From: an uncultured bacterium | GTDB lineage: Bacteria > Cyanobacteriota > Vampirovibrionia > LMEP-6097 | Assembly (NCBI GenBank): GCA_903930015.1 | Contig: CAIYXB010000193.1 | Coordinates: 1-38,743 of the forward strand | Direction: 5' to 3' | Length of the DNA stretch: 38,743 nt | Shown: positions 25,888 to 33,425 of the stretch, one piece after another | Position numbering within the stretch: the first letter of the stretch is position 1 | Layout of the letters: the number at the start of each line of letters is the position of its first letter | Notes under the pieces: generated by a model | Told to the model about the DNA's origin: nothing | What the model saw: the letters and a program-made list of their open reading frames with translations, nothing else | The model's database searches: none | Made by a program: the position numbers and the translations under genes

Positions 25888-25948
25888 TAAAACTTCAGAG
25901 AAATGTTATATGAATTGTCGCAAAAAGACCCGGTCGTGGAGGGGCAAT

Positions 25949-26395
25949 TTAATTTGTGCCAAACCATTTCTTCAAAGCTGTTTCATCCAAGCTATATTTA
26001 CCAGGACCAGTTGTTGCTAAGACAAAAAGCATAATGAAGTAATAAAGCGGTATTTCATAACCACTTGCGCTTGCTGCAAAACCGTTTTTCCAGTGCACCA
26101 TAGTAATTGCTACAAGCATTGTCACCATCAAGGGTATACAGATTAATCTAGTTTTTAAACCAAGTGCTAAAAATACAACACCAAGCGCTTCTGTTGTTGT
26201 TGCAAGTACAGCATTCCAGTAAGGGTAAGGTAAGTGTAAAGTATTGGTAAACCAAGCGACAGTAGCATCAAAGTTACTTAACTTTCTAACTGCAGGTTCA
26301 TAAAATCCGTAGGCTAATATAAATCTCATCAAAAGTAATGACAGACCCTGAAAAGAGCGCAGCAATTTTATAATTGCTTGAGGTATTTTGTGCAT
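25949..26395 (-). CDS. DoxX family membrane protein (HvfX-like)
   Basis: LLMRFILAYGFYEPA..K, TEALG, LGLKTR, MLVAITMVHWKNGF, GYEIPLYY, GPGKYSLD. Confidence 0.88.
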   Translation of the reverse strand: MHKIPQAIIKLLRSFQGLSLLLMRFILAYGFYEPAVRKLSNFDATVAWFTNTLHLPYPYWNAVLATTTEALGVVFLALGLKTRLICIPLMVTMLVAITMVHWKNGFAASASGYEIPLYYFIMLFVLATTGPGKYSLDETALKKWFGTN

Positions 26396-26412
26396 TAATA
26401 TTTAATATAGCA

Positions 26413-27033
26413 CTAGCTTTGCGTATTTTGTGGGCTTAAATCTAGTGTTAGCGTGACGTCAGGTACTCCCTTGTGGTTTGTTGTAGGATCTTCTTCTGTT
26501 GCAAATATTAACTCTCCTTTGAATCTAACACTCAATTCTTTTATATAGGCAAAATTTTCTTGCTGCGGATCAATTTGAATCTTAGCTCTATAACTTAGGG
26601 TTTCTTCATTATCAGAACAGTTTATATCTGCTTCGATGATTTCAAATTCGTTTTCATTATTGGGATTTGGTTCTAGTCTGGTGGTATGAATTTGAGAATA
26701 ATCGTCGCTATCTATAGCTTGAAATTCTCTAGGCTCGCATAAACTTTCTATACTATATCCAGGTTCCCTTCTTAAAAAATCAATAGTATCTTTCACACCC
26801 TCTTTAAAGCCTGTCATTAAATAAGTAATAAAGTTTTTCAAGATTATTTTGTTAGCTTCTGGTAATGTTTCCAGTTCATCAATTTTTTTGTGAATATTTC
26901 TTAAAAGCTTTTCGTCTCTTTGCTGAGCAGGTCCCTGACCCTGAGGAATTTGAGCTAGAAAACTATTATTAGAGTTCCTTGGTCCAGACTGATTATTATT
27001 ATGACCCGATGGGGGTAGTAGAGGCATTGACAT
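26413..27033 (-). CDS. Hypothetical protein with Pro/Asn/Gln-rich N-terminus
   Basis: 206-aa ORF with extended -10 TGtTAAGAT 7 nt before the ATG. Confidence 0.75.
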   Translation of the reverse strand: MSMPLLPPSGHNNNQSGPRNSNNSFLAQIPQGQGPAQQRDEKLLRNIHKKIDELETLPEANKIILKNFITYLMTGFKEGVKDTIDFLRREPGYSIESLCEPREFQAIDSDDYSQIHTTRLEPNPNNENEFEIIEADINCSDNEETLSYRAKIQIDPQQENFAYIKELSVRFKGELIFATEEDPTTNHKGVPDVTLTLDLSPQNTQS

Positions 27034-27074
27034 CGTAATTATCTTAACACAATATCGTGAAAATTATGCTATGA

Positions 27075-28184
27075 CTATTCCCAGTCATCAAGAATTGCGC
27101 CTTTAGCGTACTCTGTAGCCCTTGTTTCAAAGAAATTAGCGTGCTCTTTACCATTTACCATTAAATTCAACCAAGGTAGTGGATTTTCTGTGATATCATA
27201 TTTAGGATCTAAGTTAAGGTCACCAAGTCTTTTGTTTGCGACATAGCGAATATACTTTTTCACGTCTTCAGGCTTTAGCCCTTCAACAGCACCAAGGGCA
27301 AAGCAAGTATCAATAAAATTATCTTCTAAAAGCACCATCTCATCGCAAGCCTTGTAAAGCTTATCTCTAAAATCTTCAGTCCAAAGATAAGGTCTTTCAG
27401 AAATATATTCTCTAAAGAGTGCGCAAACGCCTTCTGAGTGTAAAGATTCATCACGTATAGACCAAGTGATAATTTGACCTACGTTTTTAAGCAATCCACG
27501 TCTTGGGAAATTCATTAGAATTGCAAAACTCGCAAACAAAGAAACTCCTTCCATGAATCCACCAAAGCAAGCAAGATTATAAGCAATATCTTCTTCAGTA
27601 TCTATTTTTAAATTCTGTAGATATTCATATTTGTTTTTCATTGCTTCGTATTCACGAAAAGCTTTGTATTCTACATCAGGTAATCCTAAAGTATCATTTA
27701 AATGTGAGTAAGCCCAAACATGCACTGTTTCCATTGCAGCAAAGGCTGTCAGCATCATGGTAATTTCTGGTTTTGGGAAAACGGTTACTAATTGAGTATT
27801 ATAATTATTTTGAACTTCAAGATCACCTTGAGTAAAAAATCTCAAAACTTGAATAATCAAATTTGATTCTTGCGCTGTCAGTTTAGTTTTAAAATCAACT
27901 AAATCATCAGCCATCGGAACTTCAGTTGGTAGCCAGTGTGCTTGTTGTTGTAATTTGAAATACTCAAAAAATTGTGGGTATTCAAAAGGTTTGTAATAAT
28001 CTCTTAAACGTAATATATCTCTTTTTTGAAACTCAACTACTTTAACCGGAGCCTTAGTCTCCTCAAAATCTTCTATTAACGCAGCAGTAGCTTCTTTAAT
28101 TTGTTCTTTTGCTTCCATAACCTTAGTTTGAAGATTAGCTCTTTTTTCTATTTCTGGGGTTATTGCAAGGTTTGTTTTTGACAT
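27075..28184 (-). CDS. nrdB: Ribonucleotide reductase class I beta subunit
   Basis: YKPFEYP, HWLPTEV, FFTQGD, METVH..AY (radical Tyr), EGVSLF, RDESLH, NFFETRATEY; SD-like GGAG upstream. Confidence 0.95.
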   Translation of the reverse strand: MSKTNLAITPEIEKRANLQTKVMEAKEQIKEATAALIEDFEETKAPVKVVEFQKRDILRLRDYYKPFEYPQFFEYFKLQQQAHWLPTEVPMADDLVDFKTKLTAQESNLIIQVLRFFTQGDLEVQNNYNTQLVTVFPKPEITMMLTAFAAMETVHVWAYSHLNDTLGLPDVEYKAFREYEAMKNKYEYLQNLKIDTEEDIAYNLACFGGFMEGVSLFASFAILMNFPRRGLLKNVGQIITWSIRDESLHSEGVCALFREYISERPYLWTEDFRDKLYKACDEMVLLEDNFIDTCFALGAVEGLKPEDVKKYIRYVANKRLGDLNLDPKYDITENPLPWLNLMVNGKEHANFFETRATEYAKGAILDDWE

Positions 28185-28279
28185 TAAATTGTTACTCCAA
28201 CAGGTTATAAAAGCAGATAAAGATAAGACTATCCATATTCTGCACTAGTTTTGTAGACGAAGCTTTCTAAAGAAAGTAT

Positions 28280-28295
28280 CCCATATATCTAGTGT
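28280..28295. promoter_or_regulatory. Candidate NrdR box upstream of nrdB
   Basis: cccatatatctagtgt, about 95 bp upstream of nrdB, resembles the NrdR consensus acaCwAtATaTwGtgt. No convincing second box was found. Confidence 0.45.
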
Positions 28296-28528
28296 AATTT
28301 TTGCAATATTTTACTTAAATTACGCTGGATATGTATCCAAGGATCTTTAATATAGAGCTTTTTGCAGAGCTATGCAAGGCTAAGCAGTCTTTATTTTCCT
28401 AATAAAAATCTAATTTAACGTGAGTGGTCTAAAACCCTTTAATCAAAAGGCTTAAAGAGAAAAGAGCTTGGATAAAAAGAACTTAATTGAAAAACAATTG
28501 ACCAATTCAAATATCTAATAACTTAAAA

Positions 28529-28936
28529 CTAGTGTCCGTGATCGTCATGACAGGTATTGCAGTGATTGCAAAGTTTCATGTTGATAAAGTGAGAAGCAGC
28601 GATCGAAAGGCCGCCTAGTGCCATTAATAGTGGCTCAGGTAGTGCTATTGATTCAAGTCTTGAAAGATATATAAAACAAGCACCTAAAAGTAAAAGATAT
28701 AAAGGTTCAAATTTACGGTGATCCTTGTAGAAACCCCATACCAAGCTTAAAAAAGCTAAACCTAAACTCACTAAAATTATTGTTGTTTCAAATTTTTCTT
28801 CAAAAATAAATCCAAGTCCAATCAAAGGTGCAACGGTAATTAAAATAGGGGCCATAGCACAATGAACGGCACAAGCAGAGCTTATAGCCATGCCAATTTT
28901 GTCTAAGATATTTTTTTTATTTATTCGCGCAAGCAC
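28529..28936 (-). CDS. MerC domain-containing membrane protein with Cys/His-rich tail
   Basis: LDKIGMAISSACAVHC motif, four TMs, SHFIN, C-terminal CNHCNTCHDDHGH. Confidence 0.85.
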   Translation of the reverse strand: MLARINKKNILDKIGMAISSACAVHCAMAPILITVAPLIGLGFIFEEKFETTIILVSLGLAFLSLVWGFYKDHRKFEPLYLLLLGACFIYLSRLESIALPEPLLMALGGLSIAASHFINMKLCNHCNTCHDDHGH

Positions 28937-28984
28937 CTAAGTACTATTTTAGCTTATTGAGTAAAGCTATGTTGAAAATCAAAT

Positions 28985-29141
28985 AAAACCTTTATTTGGA
29001 GAAAAGCGAATACCCCGAAGCTTGCTTCGAGGGATGAGCGTCACGTTAAAAGCCACCTTACCTAAAATTTCTCTAATTTCGCAGCAAGTCAGTGAGGTAT
29101 TTACGAGAAATTTTAGGTAAGGTGGCTTTTATCAAGGTTTT
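28985..29141. repeat. Composite palindromic element: REP-like hairpin plus perfect 27-bp inverted repeat
   Basis: ccccgaagc-tt-gcttcgaggg (29013-29033); taaaagccaccttacctaaaatttctc (29047-29073) exactly complementary to 29105-29131; outer aaaacctttat / atcaaggtttt ends. Confidence 0.8.
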
Positions 29142-29198
29142 TTTACAAGCTAAAGAAAACAATTCAAGAGATTGAAGAAAATCTCAGACGCATATTTT

Positions 29199-30512
29199 TT
29201 AAGCAAGCAATCTTACTTGGCGTACTCTATTTTCGGTATGTTCTTCAATGCGGAGTTTCTTGTCCTCTACTTCTACCAAATCCCCAACTTTAGGCTCTGT
29301 ACCAATTAAACCAAAAACAAAACCACCAATTGTATCGTAATGTTCTGATCTAAAATTCGTACCAATCTCTTCATTTACATCATCAAGCAAAAGTAAACCA
29401 TCAATTAAAATATCTCCGTTATCAAGTTTGATAATTGGATCTCTTTCTTGGTTGTCTTCTTCATCTTCGATTTCACCAAAAACTTCTTCAACAATATCTT
29501 CGACTGTAACAAGACCACAAGTTCCACCAAACTCATCAATTAAGATTGCCATTTGTTTTTTCTTTTCTTGCATTAATTTTAATAGATCTAAAACGTACAT
29601 TCCGTCTGATACTTTAAGAATGTCACTTAAAAGAGTTTTGATATTATTATTGATTTGTTTTTTTTGATAAGCGTTTAAAAAGTCCTTAATAGTGCAATAG
29701 CCAATAATATTATCCATCTTGTCTTCAAAAACTGGAAATCTAGAATGAGTGGATGCAGTCGCTTCCTGAGCGGCTTCTTCGATAGTCATACTTGCGTTAA
29801 GACAAAATATATCAGATCTTGGCACCATTATTTCTCTTGCAATAGTATCGTTGAAATCAAAAACATTTTGCATGATTTGTTCTTCATCTTCTTCAAGTAC
29901 TCCTTGAGCTTGCGAACTACTAAGTATCAGTTTTAATTCATCTTCAGTGTGAGAACTATCTTCAAAATTTGCTTCAATATTAAGCATTCTAAGTGCAATA
30001 TTTGAAAACCAATTGAGTATTTGAACTGGTATTTTAAAAAGGATGTATAAAAATCTTAAATAGCCAGCAAGTGCAAAAGCAATTCCTTCAGGGTTAATGA
30101 TAGAAAGGTTTTTAGGAATTACTTCACCGAGAATTACATGGAAAAAAGTAATTAAAGCAATTGATAAAACAATTGATAGTGGATGAGTATCAAAAGTAAG
30201 ATTTAAGTCAATAAATATTGGTTGTAAAACCTTTGATAATTCGGCTTCAGCAACAGCACCAAGAGCTAAACTAGCGATCGTAATTCCAATTTGACATGCC
30301 GAAATATAGTCATTGATTTTACTTGTAATAACTTGTAGTAATTTCGCAGTTTTAATTTTTTTAGGTGAGTAATCATTATCGTTTGGATCAGCATCCGCTA
30401 TGTGATCTATTTGAGTTCGCCTAAGTCTTGCTATGGCAAATTCACCTGCGACAAATGTAGCATTTAAAAATATCAGAAAAAAAATTAAAAGTATCGAGGG
30501 AAGGTGTTCCAT
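29199..30512 (-). CDS. Hemolysin-family CNNM/CorC protein (DUF21-CBS-CorC_HlyC)
   Basis: FLNATFVAGEFAI, CQIGITIASLALG, HVILGEVIPK, AREIMVPRSD, HSRFPV, DEFGGTCGLVTVEDIVEEVFGEIEDE, YDTIGG. Confidence 0.93.
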   Translation of the reverse strand: MEHLPSILLIFFLIFLNATFVAGEFAIARLRRTQIDHIADADPNDNDYSPKKIKTAKLLQVITSKINDYISACQIGITIASLALGAVAEAELSKVLQPIFIDLNLTFDTHPLSIVLSIALITFFHVILGEVIPKNLSIINPEGIAFALAGYLRFLYILFKIPVQILNWFSNIALRMLNIEANFEDSSHTEDELKLILSSSQAQGVLEEDEEQIMQNVFDFNDTIAREIMVPRSDIFCLNASMTIEEAAQEATASTHSRFPVFEDKMDNIIGYCTIKDFLNAYQKKQINNNIKTLLSDILKVSDGMYVLDLLKLMQEKKKQMAILIDEFGGTCGLVTVEDIVEEVFGEIEDEEDNQERDPIIKLDNGDILIDGLLLLDDVNEEIGTNFRSEHYDTIGGFVFGLIGTEPKVGDLVEVEDKKLRIEEHTENRVRQVRLLA

Positions 30513-30642
30513 CTGGGTTTATTATAGGAATAATATACCACGTCAGGCTTAGGTTTTAGGGGTTTTTTGCTAAATCTACACTAAATTTCGGGCTTTTTTT
30601 ACTTGAGCTAGGTTCTTTGCTCTATGCTGCTTTAAACTCATC

Positions 30643-31527
30643 ATGACGTTATTTACGGGTATGTTAAAAGCAAAAATTTTAAGGGTTTTATTTATATTAG
30701 TTACTGTTTTGTTAACAAGCCTGCCTGCGCAAGCAGCTGCTGAGGAAGATACCTCTATAAATAATGAAACATTAACGGGTGGAATTGTTACTAATGAAGG
30801 TTATTATTTACCAAAATCTACTAGAATACCAGTCACGCTAAGGACTCCAATTGATACTAGAGTAAATAACGTTGGCGATATGATTACAGCACAGACAACT
30901 CAAGATCTAGTGATTGGAGGTCATGTAGTAGTGCCAGCTAGAAGTTTTTTACATGGTCATATTACAGAATTGCAAGCTCCAGGAAGATTTCATAAAGCAC
31001 CAAAATTAAATATCAGTTTTGATAGTCTATCGCTACCTGGATCAACCGGTAAAAGAAAGTCAGTGAACCTGTTTGCGAGTATTAATGCTGCAGAAGTATT
31101 AAAGAAAGCAGAAGCTGTTAATGATGGGGCAAGCTATAAATCTAAAGCTAAAAAATACGGAGCGGCAGGCGCAGCTATTGGTGCACTTGCTTTGCACGGT
31201 GCAACTAGAGGAGTGCCACAATTTCAAATAATGGGAATCACGGCGCTGAGCCAATTTGGTTATTTAGCAGGTGGTGCAATAGGTGGTGCTTTAATAGCAT
31301 CTAGTCTTATTACTAAAGATGATGTACGCATGGAGCCAGGTACTGAACTTGTTGTTATGGTTGATGCAACAACTATGGATAACTTCGAGGAATTTCATCC
31401 TTTATCTCAGGATAATTTGAAAGATTTGGGACCAGAAGATGCTTATGATACTTTTGGTACGATCAAGTCAGAGCCTTTAGCAGACCTCACGGATAAGAAA
31501 AAAATCAATAAGGCAAGCATTTTATAG
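30643..31527 (+). CDS. Exported protein with TrbI/VirB10-like beta domain and glycine zipper
   Basis: Signal peptide (PAQA); TRIPVTL..PIDT....VGD.ITA, VVVPARSFLHGHI, LNISFDSL, GAAGAAIGA, DVRMEPGTEL. Confidence 0.65.
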   Translation: MTLFTGMLKAKILRVLFILVTVLLTSLPAQAAAEEDTSINNETLTGGIVTNEGYYLPKSTRIPVTLRTPIDTRVNNVGDMITAQTTQDLVIGGHVVVPARSFLHGHITELQAPGRFHKAPKLNISFDSLSLPGSTGKRKSVNLFASINAAEVLKKAEAVNDGASYKSKAKKYGAAGAAIGALALHGATRGVPQFQIMGITALSQFGYLAGGAIGGALIASSLITKDDVRMEPGTELVVMVDATTMDNFEEFHPLSQDNLKDLGPEDAYDTFGTIKSEPLADLTDKKKINKASIL

Positions 31528-31536
31528 GGTAACCCT

Positions 31537-31553
31537 TTGGGGTCTGACCCCAA
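31537..31553. repeat. Short REP-like palindrome TTGGGGTCTGACCCCAA
   Basis: Perfect 8-1-8 palindrome, immediately preceded by a second palindrome agggtaaccct (31526-31536). Confidence 0.55.
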
Positions 31554-31560
31554 TAGATTC

Positions 31561-31593
31561 AAAAAAAAGCCCAGAAATTTTCTGGGCTTTTTT
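31561..31593. terminator. Bidirectional intrinsic terminator between convergent genes
   Basis: A8-gcccagaaa-t-tttctgggc-T6. Confidence 0.85.
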
Positions 31594-31626
31594 AATTCAT
31601 ATTTCGATTGTCTTTTTTCTTCTAAC

Positions 31627-32232
31627 TTAAGCAGCAGGTGCAGTAGGAGCTTCAGCATTAGGAGCTGGAGCAGCAGGAGCTTCAGCAGCAGGCGCAGGCG
31701 CAGCAGCAGGTGCTGGATTCACGCTTGGAGCTTGAACATCTACTAAAGTTACTTCAAAGTTTAAATCTTTACCAGCAAGTGGGTGATTGTAATCTAAAGT
31801 AACATTTTGCTCGTCAATTTTTACAACTTTCATTGGAGTTTGAACAACTTGACCATTTGGACCTTTGTTATTTGCGAAAATAACAGCTCCTTCTTTAAGC
31901 TCGATGTTAGCGAATTTGCCATCTTTAGGTAAAGTAATAACTTTAGCTGCATCAGGCTCACCGTAAGCATCTTTAGCTTTAACTAAAAAAGTTTTAGTTT
32001 GACCAGGCTTAAGAGCAATAACTTGTTTCTCAAACTCAGGTATAACTTGGTTAGCACCAACTAAGAATGCTAATGGTTGTTTATTTTCAGTAGTATCAAA
32101 AACAGTTCCGTCAGCTAAAGTACCTTTGTAATTTACTTTAACTATAGAGCCATTTGATATTGGAGCTTGCTTAGCGCAAGATACAAAACTAAAAGCAAAA
32201 AGACCGATAATAAATAATTTTAAATTTTTCAT
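31627..32232 (-). CDS. FKBP-type (SlyD-like) peptidyl-prolyl isomerase, predicted lipoprotein with Ala/Pro tail
   Basis: Start MKNLK (SD GAGG), lipobox FVSC; VKVNYKGTLADGTVFDT, GANQVIPEFE, AYG, LDYNHPLAGKDLNFEV. Confidence 0.9.
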   Translation of the reverse strand: MKNLKLFIIGLFAFSFVSCAKQAPISNGSIVKVNYKGTLADGTVFDTTENKQPLAFLVGANQVIPEFEKQVIALKPGQTKTFLVKAKDAYGEPDAAKVITLPKDGKFANIELKEGAVIFANNKGPNGQVVQTPMKVVKIDEQNVTLDYNHPLAGKDLNFEVTLVDVQAPSVNPAPAAAPAPAAEAPAAPAPNAEAPTAPAA

Positions 32233-32328
32233 GTGACTAATATTCCTCAACTCAAATGATTCTAAAACAAGTATCAAACTTTGTAAGCTTATATTAAGAA
32301 TTTCTTTTGAAATTGACACCTCTCAATC

Positions 32329-32387
32329 GGTTCGGTGGCTTTTGTCCTGTCGTTCATGCATCAAAGCACTTCGTTGGTATTCGTTTT
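32329..32387 (-). repeat. Degenerate second copy of the 29002-29065 element
   Basis: Minus strand aaaacgaataccaacgaagtgctttgatgcatgaacgacaggacaaaagccaccgaacc aligns collinearly with aaaagcgaataccccgaagcttgcttcgagggatgagcgtcacgttaaaagccaccttacc. Confidence 0.65.
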
Positions 32388-32428
32388 ACTCTAAATAATA
32401 TCTTGATGAGTATATACAGTGAAAGGGT

Positions 32429-33094
32429 TTAACCGATCATGTCAATTGGTTGATAATTTTCTCTTGCCAAATAATCTCTCATTATATTTTCTACATAATG
32501 TTGAGTTTCTTGGTAAGGTGGAATGCCATTGTATTTTTCAACAGCTCCAGGACCTGCATTATAAGCAGCAAGGGCTTTTTGAATATTTCCATCAAAGTTT
32601 TTTAATTGTTTAGCAAGGTAGGTAATTCCGCCTCGTACGTTTTGGTATGGATTACTAGAATTAAAAACACCAAGTGATTTTGCAGTCGTTGGCATTAGTT
32701 GCATTAACCCTTGTGCGCCAGCATGGCTTTTAGCGTTTGGATTGAAACCAGACTCTTGTTTGATTACACTTCTCACTAAATTAGAATCAATTTTTACGTC
32801 ATATTCAGAACTTAATTCTTTTGCTGTTTGTTCTATAAATTCCTCAAAATCATCAGGTAGTTTTGAAAAATCATCTTTGATGACTTTTCCTTTTAAAACC
32901 TTTGTTGCAATAGGCTTCTGTGTTTCAAAAGTTTCTTGAGGTTTAAGTTTTTCATTTAAAATATTTTCAAAACCAATACTATCTTTTTTTTCAACTTTAG
33001 TATTTGCGGTGATTTTTTGTGCAAGACTAGAATCGATACTTTGCATGTAAGTATCTAGGTAAGCCATTCTTTTTTGAATAAAGTTCAAGGACAT
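32429..33094 (-). CDS. Lytic transglycosylase (SLT domain)
   Basis: VIKQESGFNPNAKSHAGAQGLMQLMP, ALAAYNAGPG, IPPYQETQHYV. Confidence 0.93.
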   Translation of the reverse strand: MSLNFIQKRMAYLDTYMQSIDSSLAQKITANTKVEKKDSIGFENILNEKLKPQETFETQKPIATKVLKGKVIKDDFSKLPDDFEEFIEQTAKELSSEYDVKIDSNLVRSVIKQESGFNPNAKSHAGAQGLMQLMPTTAKSLGVFNSSNPYQNVRGGITYLAKQLKNFDGNIQKALAAYNAGPGAVEKYNGIPPYQETQHYVENIMRDYLARENYQPIDMIG

Positions 33095-33198
33095 GGTTAT
33101 TCATATATATTGAGCCTTTTTTGAAAAAGGTCTAATTAGTTTAAAAGGTCTATTTAGAATTTATGTTCTAGTCTAGACGGACTAGAGTCTTATGATTC

Positions 33199-33396
33199 TC
33201 ATTTATCAGTTTCTTTACTAGTGCTTTTGACTTCTGCTTTAAACTCTTCTGTAGCTTCTTCTAAGCCAGTCTTAAGTCCTTTGAGACCTTTACCAAGGTT
33301 TTTACCTAATTCAGGTAGCTTTTTAGGGCCAAAAATGATCAAAGCGATAACTAAAATCACAACTATTTCAGGTAAACCGAGTCCAAATGGAAGCAT
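33199..33396 (-). CDS. tatA: Twin-arginine translocase subunit TatA/E
   Basis: FGLGLPEIVVILVIALIIFGPKKLPELGKNLGKGL. Confidence 0.95.
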   Translation of the reverse strand: MLPFGLGLPEIVVILVIALIIFGPKKLPELGKNLGKGLKGLKTGLEEATEEFKAEVKSTSKETDK

Positions 33397-33425
33397 ACTC
33401 TTAATTATAGAGTATTAGTGGTTTC

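Noticed and set aside
28185-28528. Long intergenic regions (also 46-400 and 34641-34830) as tRNA or ncRNA loci
   Set aside because: They are AT-rich with no cloverleaf, T-loop or recognisable riboswitch cores by eye; an Rfam/tRNAscan run would be needed to exclude these formally.
29047-29131. Possible mini-CRISPR (repeat, 31-nt spacer, repeat)
   Set aside because: The arms are inverted rather than direct, there are only two, and no cas genes are present.
28529-30512. Mercury-resistance operon or true hemolysin
   Set aside because: No merA/merR/merT/merP genes are present; the CNNM/CorC family is mainly linked to Mg/Co homeostasis.
31537-31746. Ser/Arg-rich 69-aa ORF and apparent gcagga/gcaggc tandem repeats
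   Set aside because: This is the antisense reading of the Ala/Pro tail of the FKBP gene and it crosses a terminator.
32233-32319. N-terminal 29 aa of the listed FKBP ORF
   Set aside because: The SD and lipoprotein signal point to the ATG at 32232.
30643-33094. VirB10-like protein plus lytic transglycosylase as a type IV secretion locus
   Set aside because: The genes are on opposite strands and separated by a terminator, with no VirB4/VirD4/VirB11 or pilin genes nearby.
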